A stretch of 64,000 bases of DNA from an uncultured Chitinophagales bacterium (GTDB lineage Bacteria > Bacteroidota > Bacteroidia > Chitinophagales > BACL12), in NCBI GenBank assembly GCA_964492065.1, contig CAZBHH010000001.1, forward strand, positions 80,819-144,818, in the 5' to 3' direction. Below the pieces are notes generated by a model, which worked only from the letters and a program-made list of their open reading frames with translations, had not been told where the DNA came from and searched no databases. Every line of letters begins with the position of its first letter. Positions within the stretch are counted from its first letter, which is position 1. Positions 30,579 through 41,446 of this stretch are shown piece after piece. A program made the translations under genes and the position numbers.

Positions 30579-32669
30579 ATGAACCTGTATGTCAAAGTGA
30601 TGCTTTGCCTTGTATTAATTAAAGTGTCTCCGGTTTTAGGGCAGGAAATCAGTTTCAATTCAGAGGAAAAAATAACAACACAACAAGGGGAGTTGGGCTG
30701 GAAATACGTGGATATGCTTTTGGATTCAGCAGAGTATTATAAAACAAGGGAGTCGTATGAAATCGCCCGCATCTACTACGAAAAGGCGCTTTTATTAAGT
30801 TCGCTCCAGTCAAACCGCGATCTTCAAATTGAAATAAGCCGCAAACAAGGCCAAATGGCATATGAGGCAGGCGAATACGCAAACAGTATCCATTATTATC
30901 ATTATGCCAGACAGATAGCCGAAAAAGTCAATAATCCCTCTGAGCTGGTCATCATCAATCTCGACCTGGGCAGCGTTTTCCTCGATGCGGGGAAACCCGA
31001 CAGCAGCCAGTACTACCTGCTACAATCCCTGCGGTGGAATAACACCGTGCAGGATACCCTGAGCCTGATAAATACCTATCATTTGTTGGGCGACATTCAT
31101 TATGGCGTGGGCAATTACGATGATTCCCACAAATACTATCAAAAGGGGATAAATTTAATTAAGAAATATTCAAATTTAACGGACAACCTGATAGCCGAAT
31201 ACAGCGCATTAACCGGGAACCAGGCCGGAATAGATGCGGAACTCGGGTTATTTGAAGAATCAAAACAATGCTATGCCAAATCCGATTCATTGGCCCGCCT
31301 GGTGAACGATAATCACACGATTGCATTTAATGCCTACGGACTCGGATACACGTATTATTACGAGGGAAAATATGCGCAAAGCATTGCATTGTGCAAACAG
31401 GCGCTTCAGTATTTCATAGAGGATCAGGATATGTATTCCATTGAGGGAACTATGGAATGTATTGCCAGGAATTACTTAGGTATCGGCCAATTGGATTCGG
31501 CGGAGTTTTATTTATTGTCCGTATTGAAGAGCATGGACAACTTCAATTACATCGATTTCAAACGGGACATTTATGAATTGCTGGCATCGTTGTATGAGAA
31601 AAAAGGCAATTATCAATTAGCCCTTCAATACCACCAATTATTTAAGCAATTCAGCGATTCGCTAAACGTACAGAACCAAAGTGTAAACCTGAACCTGATT
31701 GAAATTCAACAGCGCTATACACAGGCGGAAAAGGATAATCTGGCGCTGATGCGTGACCGGGCGAAGAATCAACTAATTATCGATGCGCAGAAAAAGTCCA
31801 ATCTGCTTATAACAGTAGCCTTAATTTTTGCAATTATCTGCGTATTTACACTCACCGTATTTTACCGGAACAAGCGCAATCAAAGCGCCATGTTGGAAAA
31901 GGAGGTGCAGCGGCGCACGCAGGAATTGTCCGAGTCCAATTTATCGCTGCTGGAAGCCAATGCGGAACTCGAGGAATTCGCCTATATTTCTTCACACGAT
32001 TTGCGGGAGCCGATACGCAATATCGTGAGTTTCAGTACGCTGATTCAACGCAAAGGCGAGAAATTATCCCAGTCTGAATTAAATGATTTCGTCGCACTGA
32101 TTCAGTTTAACGGCAACCAGATGACACAGTTGGTAAATGATATTTATGAATTTACCAAAATTAAAAAGGTAAACATCGAGCTGAAATCCGTACCGCTGGT
32201 TACAATTGTCAATGAAGCGCTGCGCTCAATTCCACCTGAACTGAAAGCGAAACAGGCGGTTATTCATACAGACATTAAAGTGAACAATATACTCACCCAT
32301 ACGAATATGCTGGTGCTTGCGCTGCGCAATATCATTGAAAACGGGATAAAATACAACAAATCCGAAGTCCCGGAAATACAGATCACCGCAACGGAAAGCG
32401 ATAGGGAATTTACCATATCCGTTCGGGATAACGGCATTGGCATCAATCAGAAGTATCACAAAAAGATTTTCGATATGTTTAAGCGTCTGCACAACCGGGA
32501 AGAATATTCCGGCAGCGGCCTGGGCTTACCCATCACCCGGAAAATTCTCACACGGCTGAAGGGCACGATGGAGGTCGTTTCTGAAGAAGGTATGGGCAGT
32601 ACTTTTACTCTGCACATACCGAAGAAGGCTCCCAAAATTGCATCCGATACGCTTAAAAAAGCTTCCTGA
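30579..32669 (+). CDS. TPR-repeat sensor histidine kinase
   Basis: Signal/TM MNLYVKVMLCLVLI.., about 350 aa of TPR-like repeats, a TM helix, a coiled coil, H-box SHDLREP, then N box (NGIKYN), DNGIGI and GSGLGL. The track ORF begins at GTG 30534. Confidence 0.85.
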   Translation: MNLYVKVMLCLVLIKVSPVLGQEISFNSEEKITTQQGELGWKYVDMLLDSAEYYKTRESYEIARIYYEKALLLSSLQSNRDLQIEISRKQGQMAYEAGEYANSIHYYHYARQIAEKVNNPSELVIINLDLGSVFLDAGKPDSSQYYLLQSLRWNNTVQDTLSLINTYHLLGDIHYGVGNYDDSHKYYQKGINLIKKYSNLTDNLIAEYSALTGNQAGIDAELGLFEESKQCYAKSDSLARLVNDNHTIAFNAYGLGYTYYYEGKYAQSIALCKQALQYFIEDQDMYSIEGTMECIARNYLGIGQLDSAEFYLLSVLKSMDNFNYIDFKRDIYELLASLYEKKGNYQLALQYHQLFKQFSDSLNVQNQSVNLNLIEIQQRYTQAEKDNLALMRDRAKNQLIIDAQKKSNLLITVALIFAIICVFTLTVFYRNKRNQSAMLEKEVQRRTQELSESNLSLLEANAELEEFAYISSHDLREPIRNIVSFSTLIQRKGEKLSQSELNDFVALIQFNGNQMTQLVNDIYEFTKIKKVNIELKSVPLVTIVNEALRSIPPELKAKQAVIHTDIKVNNILTHTNMLVLALRNIIENGIKYNKSEVPEIQITATESDREFTISVRDNGIGINQKYHKKIFDMFKRLHNREEYSGSGLGLPITRKILTRLKGTMEVVSEEGMGSTFTLHIPKKAPKIASDTLKKAS

Positions 32670-32671
32670 TG

Positions 32672-32706
32672 AAAAAAGCCGCCTCAGGGCATGAGACGGC
32701 TTTCTG
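32672..32706. terminator. bidirectional intrinsic terminator between the convergent kinase and atpC genes
   Basis: AAAAAA-GCCGCCTC-agggcat-GAGACGGC-TTTCTGTTT: an 8-bp GC-rich stem (one C/A mismatch) flanked by an A-run and a T-run. Confidence 0.6.
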
Positions 32707-32723
32707 TTTAGTGTTACTGTAAG

Positions 32724-32966
32724 TTATAAGGTTCCTTCAATCAGCACATTGACACGGTTATTCAGTACTTCCACAAAACCGCCGGTAACGTGGAATGTCT
32801 TCACTTCCTTATCGGTCTTTAAGACGATATTGCCCTGCTGAATAGATGCTATCATGGCAGCATGATTATCGAGCACCTGAAATGAACCTGTCGTGCCCGG
32901 AAATTGTGCAGATATCGCCTCACCGGCAAACAGCTTTTTTTCAGGTGATAATATTTCAACCAGCAT
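32724..32966 (-). CDS. atpC: F1 ATP synthase epsilon subunit (short, beta-sandwich only)
   Basis: 80 aa immediately downstream of atpD. MLVEILSPEKKLF.G.. matches the epsilon N-terminal domain. No C-terminal helical hairpin. Confidence 0.8.
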   Translation of the reverse strand: MLVEILSPEKKLFAGEAISAQFPGTTGSFQVLDNHAAMIASIQQGNIVLKTDKEVKTFHVTGGFVEVLNNRVNVLIEGTL

Positions 32967-32972
32967 AATCGG

Positions 32973-34534
<1,562 letters not shown>

Positions 34535-34801
34535 GACTGTTGAAAGGTTTTTCGGTATATAGCTGCAATAGGGCGTTCGCATCTCTAAACCCGCTATTTT
34601 CAATGCGGACAGCTTGTGGAAAAGGGGACAATTGCCTTCTTTAAACACATTGAGTATTGAGCGGTTGAATCACTGCAGCCGCTTGATTAAGAGAGCGCCG
34701 GGCGAGGGAATGTACAACGACATCAGCAAGGCGCAGGTTTCGTAAAGTTGCCGCAGACCATGCACACCGGAGCAAAATGGGGTCGAAACTGCTCTCGTCG
34801 C

Positions 34802-35794
34802 TTAGTTCCCCGAGGTAGTGAGTTTCTCCATAAAATCTGAATCTGTTTCCGTTTCCGTCAAGTGCGTAGCGTAACTGTAGCGCAGGCCATATACTCCCAC
34901 TTTCTTTTTTATACCTGCGTTTTTCAATGCTGTTTTAAGTACCAGTTGTGCAGACCTCGTGGTGTATGGTCCGCCTTTCAGGCCTTCAAATAAATGCACT
35001 TTCGGCCGGTAGGCTTTTAAGTACTTCTTTACATCTTTCAGCATGGTTTTCGGCATCTGCACTTTTCTGGCAGGCTTTCCCTTCACCGGTGGCACCGTAA
35101 CATACATTTTTTCCATGTCGAGAGATGACACCCGCAACCGGACGATTTCGCTGATGCGCAAACCCATCTTGTAGGCGAACAGCAATACCAGCTTATGTTT
35201 TTCATTTAGCGCAACTGCCAACAGCCTTTCAATTTCTTCGGGGTTTAATGTTTTGCGCATATTCGCCGGTTTCTTCGGCCGGGGCAATCCGGCAACCAAT
35301 GCCTCATTGCCCAATACCCGTTTATAATAAAACTTAACGGCATTCATCCGGCTGTTCAAATGCGTTTCACTCAGTTGTAATTGTCCGGCGCAATACAGAA
35401 AATAGGCGGTAATTTTTTTTGCACTGAGTTTTTCGGCTTTTGCAGTATGCAACGCCGCCAGGAACTGAGCAAATTCGTTGGTATACACTTTAACTGTATG
35501 CGGACTTTTTGATTTGGCCTTCAGCTTGGCGATATATGCCTTAAGCGCATTTTGATTATTGGCGTGAATACGTGTGGCGCCCTTGGCTGCAACTACCGGT
35601 TTTTTCAATCCGAGCGCCGTGCGGTTGAGGTCGGTATCGGGCAAATACCAACAACGTTCGGAGACGCTCCATTTCGCCCGGGGAAATTTTGCTTTGAAGG
35701 CCGATTTCTGTTGCGACGTGTTGCGGAATTCCACCCAAATTACCCGTTTCCCCCCATAGGTTCCTTCGGATATTGAATATTTACTGCTGTCCAT
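34802..35794 (-). pseudogene. decayed tyrosine recombinase/integrase (Bacteroidota integrase family), ending before the nucleophile Tyr
   Basis: The N-terminus has the ..AKWSVSERCWYLP.. arm-type domain, a SAM-like core-binding domain and catalytic box I GLRISEI. Box II reads VYGLRYSYATHL, with Tyr where the family has His at two positions. The ORF stops at ..FMEKLTTSGN*, where relatives continue ..LGHSS.KTTE.YTH.. Confidence 0.6.
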
Positions 35795-35996
35795 ACTTCA
35801 AAATTACAATTTAACCGCAACTTCAATAACCACCGCCCGGAATAGGCTCAAATTTCCGTTGAAGTTAAAACCGGCAATACCAGGGGCAACCTTAACATTC
35901 CCGGCGCTGCAATACGGGAGACGCCGTTGTAATTTTGCGATACGAATCGCAGCCTGATCACTTTTTTGCAGAAGCAGGCATTTTAATACACAGTGT

Positions 35997-37265
35997 ATGC
36001 TTAAACATAAAATTCTAATTATTGCCCTGTTGGCTGCATCAAATCTTAGCGTTTCCGGGCAAACACAACCCGCAGTCTTCGACGCAATTTACAACCTGAT
36101 CGAGCAAAAAAATTTTTTCGAGGCCAGTGAAAAATTTGCCGCTCAGCGGGATGCCTTAACCGAAATCCAGCGCAAAACAGCAGAGGCTCTTCTCGATAAT
36201 GCATTCAACCGGTTAGAAAATTCAAATCGCCTGATTCATCAACTGCTGCAAATACGTTCAGGCATACCGGATTCCATCCGCTCGGAATTATATATCACGC
36301 TGGCCGATAACTGCGCAAAAATGTATGCTTACACCGAGGCAAAGGATGCACTGGAAACCTTATTGGAAAATTATGGCAATACCCTCACTCAAGATGCACG
36401 AGATGATATCCAAAACAGTTTGAGAATATGGTCGGCACTGGTAAACACACCGGCACAAGTCACACTGGTCCGGGAGACATCTGCCCTCAAAATGCATATG
36501 GACAAGGCGGGTCTGCACAACCTGGCTGTGAGCGACGGTTCGGACTCATTGCACTTCATTTTTGATACGGGCGCTAACCTGTCCACGGTTTCAAAGTCCA
36601 CCGCTGCAACACTGGATATGCAGTTATTGCCGGTGGACATTCAGGTAGGGACAATTACCGGCCAGACCGTCATCGCTCAAATAGCCGTATGCCCGCTCCT
36701 GCTTCTGGGTAATATCGAAATCCGCAATGCCGTATTCCTCGTTCTCAATGACAGCGCTTTGTCGTTTCCCCAAATTGATTACAGCATCCGCGGCATTTTG
36801 GGATTCCCAATTATTGAATCGCTGCGGGAAATACAAATTACCCGCGATGGCTATTTTATCGTTCCAAAAGACGAGACAGATATTCAATACAACTCAAATA
36901 TGGCTATGGACGGACTCACTCCCCTGATTTATATTAATCAAATGCATTTCACCTTTGATACAGGTGCGGATAACACCGTGCTCTATCAGGCCTATTATCA
37001 CAAATATCAACAGGCAATAGATGCGGCCTATCAACCCGAAACATTCAACCTCGGCGGTGCAGGCGGCAGCAAGCAATTCGAGGGATTTCTGATCGATGTC
37101 ACCTTCCGGATTCTGGACAGGGAAATTGCGCTTTCCAATGTGGAGTTGTTGAAAGAGAAAAAGACGGACACCGAATCCGTTTACGGAAATATTGGACAGG
37201 ATGTCATCCGGCAATTCGATAAAATGACCATCAATTTCGACCGGATGTTTATCAAATTTGATTAA
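35997..37265 (+). CDS. secreted protein with a helical N-terminal region and two tandem retropepsin-like aspartyl protease domains
   Basis: Signal peptide MLKHKILIIALLAASNLSVSGQ. Two D-T-G-A active-site motifs (LHFIFDTGANLSTV and MHFTFDTGADNTVL), each followed by a G-I-L/I-G type flap/dimer segment. Confidence 0.7.
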   Translation: MLKHKILIIALLAASNLSVSGQTQPAVFDAIYNLIEQKNFFEASEKFAAQRDALTEIQRKTAEALLDNAFNRLENSNRLIHQLLQIRSGIPDSIRSELYITLADNCAKMYAYTEAKDALETLLENYGNTLTQDARDDIQNSLRIWSALVNTPAQVTLVRETSALKMHMDKAGLHNLAVSDGSDSLHFIFDTGANLSTVSKSTAATLDMQLLPVDIQVGTITGQTVIAQIAVCPLLLLGNIEIRNAVFLVLNDSALSFPQIDYSIRGILGFPIIESLREIQITRDGYFIVPKDETDIQYNSNMAMDGLTPLIYINQMHFTFDTGADNTVLYQAYYHKYQQAIDAAYQPETFNLGGAGGSKQFEGFLIDVTFRILDREIALSNVELLKEKKTDTESVYGNIGQDVIRQFDKMTINFDRMFIKFD

Positions 37266-37341
37266 ACAGCTATCTATTCCTGCATGCGTCAACACGGGAT
37301 TTTGCGCCAAACTGCAAATTCATTTGTATTAAAAACACCAA

Positions 37342-37365
37342 CAAATACCCTCTTTAAGGTATTTG
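37342..37365. promoter_or_regulatory. 8-bp perfect inverted repeat CAAATACC-N8-GGTATTTG upstream of the LuxR-type regulator
   Basis: Read from the sequence, about 60 nt upstream of ATG 37426, with no following T-run. Confidence 0.25.
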
Positions 37366-37425
37366 CCAATCGCCCAAAGCGCCTTTACTTTGCTTTTTAG
37401 ATTTATTCTAAATTAAAAGCAGGGA

Positions 37426-38109
37426 ATGATTAATCCGATAGTATTTATAGCGGACGCCCATAAATTGACCAGTGAAGGAATAAAATCCATTCTGGTCAAG
37501 AAAACAGATGCACGTGTTACAGCGGAAGCAGTTAACAGCGCCGGCCTGAGAGCACAATTTGCCTCAGCACAGCCCGATGTAGTTATTATCGATTGTTTTA
37601 TTCCCGGTTATTTTTCGATTGAAGATATTGCCTTCATAAAAAACCAAGCTCCGGAAACAGGTATCCTCGTTATTACCACCAATAAGAACAAAGAAGACGT
37701 TTTAAGAGTATTGGATTACGGTGTAAACAGCTACCTGCTGAAGGAATGCGATGAAGAGGAGGTAATCAATGCGGTAAATGCCACCGCCACCGGCAGGAAG
37801 TTTTTCTGCGGAAAGGTGATGGATGCCATTCTCGAAAAAGTAACCCATAAATGCGCACCCGATTCGGTATGTAACCATTGCCATGCCGTTGCGCTCAGCG
37901 AACGGGAAGAGGAAATTATCCGCTTAATTGCCGACGGGCTGACGACGAAGGAAATAGCGGTTAAATTAAACCTGAGTTTTTACACCATCAGCACCCACCG
38001 CAAGAATGTCTTTAAGAAATTGCGCATTCGCAATTCATCCGAGCTCATCGGATACGCATTGAAAAAGGGAATTATTTCTGCTCCTGAAATTACCCAATAC
38101 CTCAATTGA
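37426..38109 (+). CDS. NarL/FixJ (LuxR-type HTH) response regulator
   Basis: Receiver domain (phospho-acceptor context VVIIDCFIPG, ..LVITT.., ..YLLKE) plus a C-terminal LSEREEEIIRLIADGLTTKEIAVKLNLSFYTISTHRKNVFKKL GerE/LuxR HTH. Confidence 0.85.
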   Translation: MINPIVFIADAHKLTSEGIKSILVKKTDARVTAEAVNSAGLRAQFASAQPDVVIIDCFIPGYFSIEDIAFIKNQAPETGILVITTNKNKEDVLRVLDYGVNSYLLKECDEEEVINAVNATATGRKFFCGKVMDAILEKVTHKCAPDSVCNHCHAVALSEREEEIIRLIADGLTTKEIAVKLNLSFYTISTHRKNVFKKLRIRNSSELIGYALKKGIISAPEITQYLN

Positions 38110-38238
38110 GGTATTGGCGCTCCCCTGATTAGGTTATTCAAATTACAACAAAGGCGGGATTGATGGATTGTCGCACGCAGTACAACTTTGTGCGCATAAT
38201 ACATCGATCATTTTACAATAAAAGAAAAGTCAAATTAC

Positions 38239-39483
38239 ATGAAAAAATATTATATCACTCTTGCGCTCATTACAACTGTTTTACTCGCTCAATCACAAGT
38301 GGTAACGGATACGGTTTCGCTGGGCGCCGGTTATGCCGATCAGGTATGGTACAGCCTGGAAAACGGAGTTCAGGGCAGCGCCCCGAAAGATAATTGGGAT
38401 ATCGCTTTCTGCGCAGATCTAATGGATGCGTCCATAATTATCAATTCCGTAGCCGAAGTAACTCTTTGGCTTTACCCCCATTCCGACACCAGCGGATGGG
38501 AAACGGTAGATACCACCGGCATGACCTCCTGGACTCCACGCTATAATTCCGATACATCCTGGAGTTTAGGCGCATTTAACCTGCCGCTCTCATCCAATCC
38601 CTTCGATATGGGATGGGGCATTTACAATACGGCCACCCATTACGTCACCGGCGATTCGCTGTACATCATCAGACTCACAAACGGCGATTACAAAAAATTG
38701 TGGTTACAGCAACTCGCCGACGGCGCTTATGACTTTAAATACGCCAATCTCGACGGCAGCAGTCTTCAAAACGCCTCCATTGTGAAGACCGATTACACCG
38801 GTATAAACTTTATTTACTATTCACTGCAAACAAACACAGTCATCGACCGCGAACCGGTATCGGCTGAATGGGATTTATTGTTCACTCAATACACGGCGTT
38901 TATCCCTACGCCATACAATGTTACGGGCGTACTTACCAACTATGGTGTAACCGTCGCCGATGTCAGAGGTATTGCCGATCCGGAGACTTACAACGACTAC
39001 GCATCGCAGGCTTTCCTCACGCCCATTAATACAATCGGTTATGACTGGAAGACTTATTCCGGCGCATGGGTGATTGAGGACTCGCTGTTGTACTTTGTAA
39101 AGAGCAATACCGGCGATATCTGGAAAGTGGTGTTTACCGGATTTGACGGCAGCAGCAGCGGCAGTTCGTCATTTGCAAAGGAAAAACTTGCGACCACTGC
39201 AATCACCGATATCCAAGGCGAGGCACTTGCAAACCTCGCGGTGTATCCGAACCCCGCAAAGGGTGTATATGTGAATGCCGTTTACAATTTCGAAAATGCC
39301 GTTTCCTCCGCAGTGCTGTCAGTGATTGACATTACCGGAAAACACATCTATTCCGGGGCGCTGGAAACTACCGCCGGAATGCACAGCGCCGCACTGCCCG
39401 TTTCAGGAATGGAGGCGGGGATTTATTTTGTTATCATCGAGTTTGATGGCAACCGCATACAACAAAAACTCATGATCCGATAA
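38239..39483 (+). CDS. HmuY-like protein with a T9SS C-terminal sorting domain
   Basis: Signal peptide, then NWDIAF and EWDLLFTQYT motifs and ..IWKVVFTGFDG.., shared with the HmuY-like ORF at 43690. The last ~80 aa (VYPNPAKG...GIYFVIIEFDGNRIQQKLMI) match the type-A Por/T9SS CTD pattern. Confidence 0.7.
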   Translation: MKKYYITLALITTVLLAQSQVVTDTVSLGAGYADQVWYSLENGVQGSAPKDNWDIAFCADLMDASIIINSVAEVTLWLYPHSDTSGWETVDTTGMTSWTPRYNSDTSWSLGAFNLPLSSNPFDMGWGIYNTATHYVTGDSLYIIRLTNGDYKKLWLQQLADGAYDFKYANLDGSSLQNASIVKTDYTGINFIYYSLQTNTVIDREPVSAEWDLLFTQYTAFIPTPYNVTGVLTNYGVTVADVRGIADPETYNDYASQAFLTPINTIGYDWKTYSGAWVIEDSLLYFVKSNTGDIWKVVFTGFDGSSSGSSSFAKEKLATTAITDIQGEALANLAVYPNPAKGVYVNAVYNFENAVSSAVLSVIDITGKHIYSGALETTAGMHSAALPVSGMEAGIYFVIIEFDGNRIQQKLMIR

Positions 39484-39535
39484 GATATTGAATTGCATAT
39501 AACAAATCATTTAATAACACTAAAACTATACACGC

Positions 39536-40501
39536 ATGCAAAACCTCAGGACGAAAACAATTATCATGGCGCTAATCGCCTTCATTGTATCCGCCGTATT
39601 TTATGCCTGTACACTGGATGCGAGCAATGCGGGGACGGAAGTAAAGACTGAAACTCAAAAAATCGGCGTATTGCTGGTAAATCACGGCTCCCGCTCCGAA
39701 ACATGGCGTCAGGCGCTCTTAGACCTGGAAGCAAATGTCAAAGACCGCATTTTGGCGGACAATCAGATTGCAGGGATTAAGACTGCCTACATGGAATATA
39801 CCGAACCTTCCATCGCAACACGTATGAAGGAATTCGACAACGAAGGTTTCTCCGATGTCATTATCGTCCCCATCTTCCTGACGGTGAGCCCGCACACCTT
39901 CGACGATATCCCGACGATTATCGGGCAGAAAGAAGACCCGCAGTCGAAGGAGATGCTGAAGATCGAAAAGATAGAGCGCTACACACCCAAAGCGAGAACC
40001 TATCTCACGCCGAACCTGGACTTCACCGATATACTCAAACAGAACGTACTGCGCCGGGTGAAAGCGCTTTCAACGAACCCCGCAGAAGAGGGTATTGCAT
40101 TAATAGGCTACGGCGATGAAACCTATGATAAGCAATGGGGTGCGCTGTTCGACGAAGTGGCGGAATACGTAAAAGACGAACTCGGCATTACCGCACATTC
40201 CTACGGCTGGTGCGGACACATTGCGCACTACGATCCGCAACGTACTACCGATGCAGTCAATGCCGTACTGAAAAGCAAGAAGCGGGCAATTGTCATTCCG
40301 GTATTGGTGGCACATGACGAGACTTTCCAGATTAAAATCATCGGCGGCGGCATTGAGAAGGTCGGCAACTATAACGAAACAGTTGTTTACAAACCCGATG
40401 CAATTCTGCCGGATGCCAATATCGAACAATGGATAATTGACATCACTGCGGAATACCTGCAAAAAATACAAAAAACCAACTCCGAAGGCGATCATGTTTA
40501 A
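39536..40501 (+). CDS. exported CbiX/SirB-type (class II) chelatase-fold lipoprotein
   Basis: Signal plus lipobox (..SAVFYAC). VLLVNHGSRSE.W and a second lobe (IALIGYGDE.., IPVLVAHDE..) give a two-lobed chelatase architecture. Confidence 0.6.
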   Translation: MQNLRTKTIIMALIAFIVSAVFYACTLDASNAGTEVKTETQKIGVLLVNHGSRSETWRQALLDLEANVKDRILADNQIAGIKTAYMEYTEPSIATRMKEFDNEGFSDVIIVPIFLTVSPHTFDDIPTIIGQKEDPQSKEMLKIEKIERYTPKARTYLTPNLDFTDILKQNVLRRVKALSTNPAEEGIALIGYGDETYDKQWGALFDEVAEYVKDELGITAHSYGWCGHIAHYDPQRTTDAVNAVLKSKKRAIVIPVLVAHDETFQIKIIGGGIEKVGNYNETVVYKPDAILPDANIEQWIIDITAEYLQKIQKTNSEGDHV

Positions 40502-41066
40502 GTGGAATATTAAAAAAATACGGCGGTTGAATATTGCCACACACCGCGACCTGGGATATTTCTTTTCATCGCTTATTATAGTTTACTGCATTTCCGGTAT
40601 TGCATTAAACCATGTAGATGACTGGAATCCCGATTTTATCCTGACAAAAGATACCGTCCGCTTAGAGACCCGGTTTGCGGCGGAAGCAATCGGCGAGGCG
40701 CAGATCAGTGCATTCGGAAAATTAATCGGCGAAGAAGATTATAAAGTATATGATTTCCCAACATCTGACCAGGTGAAAATATACTACGACGATGCGTCGC
40801 TGCACGTGTATTTATCACAGCATTTAGCCATTCACGAGCGGGTGGCAAAACGCCCGCTCTTTTACCAGACGAATGTGCTGCACCGCAACAGCCTGCAGGG
40901 ATGGCGATGGGCTTCGGATATTTTTGCGCTGTTGCTCATCGTAATTACCATCACCGGGCTGTTTATCCTTAAAGGGAAACACGGAATCAGCGGACGGGGT
41001 AAATGGCTCATCGCCGGTGGTGTATTGCCGCCGGTTATAGCTGTCGTTATCCAGGCTTTTATTTAA
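40494..41066 (+). CDS. PepSY-associated TM-helix protein (PiuB/FoxB-like)
   Basis: The ATG at 40494 overlaps the upstream stop by 8 nt. THRDLGYFFS..GIALNH and LHRNSLQGWRWASDIFALLLIVITITGL motifs; 3-4 TM helices. Confidence 0.55.
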   Translation: MFKWNIKKIRRLNIATHRDLGYFFSSLIIVYCISGIALNHVDDWNPDFILTKDTVRLETRFAAEAIGEAQISAFGKLIGEEDYKVYDFPTSDQVKIYYDDASLHVYLSQHLAIHERVAKRPLFYQTNVLHRNSLQGWRWASDIFALLLIVITITGLFILKGKHGISGRGKWLIAGGVLPPVIAVVIQAFI

Positions 41067-41089
41067 CCAATTAAGAAAAATCCAGCAAT

Positions 41090-41425
41090 ATGTGTACACA
41101 CAGAACACTCAGCCAGGGAGATTACGGCTATATCATTTATTGCCTGAAGTGCAAGCACTACCAACTGTGCTTCGGCACATCCCTGATCCGCATGTCGGCA
41201 ACTAACTATGCGTCATTTTACGAGGTGGCCACCGAACAATTTACCGAACAGAAAAACAGTGGTATGGAACGGCATAAAAACATACAACTTCCGACATTTT
41301 CCCGCAATAATCTCATGGTATTAAGCTATGTCGAATTGTGCCGGCTGATGGAGATGCTTAAAGAAGCCGCTGTGATGAATGAAGTGTATGCCATTCTCGA
41401 TGAAAGAAAAATTAATCAGCAATGA
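41090..41425 (+). CDS. hypothetical small cytoplasmic Cys-rich protein
   Basis: 111 aa with no signal peptide. N-terminal MCTH..x13..CLKCKHYQLC cluster. Confidence 0.45.
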   Translation: MCTHRTLSQGDYGYIIYCLKCKHYQLCFGTSLIRMSATNYASFYEVATEQFTEQKNSGMERHKNIQLPTFSRNNLMVLSYVELCRLMEMLKEAAVMNEVYAILDERKINQQ

Positions 41426-41446
41426 GTTGAGTAAAAGGGTAACACG

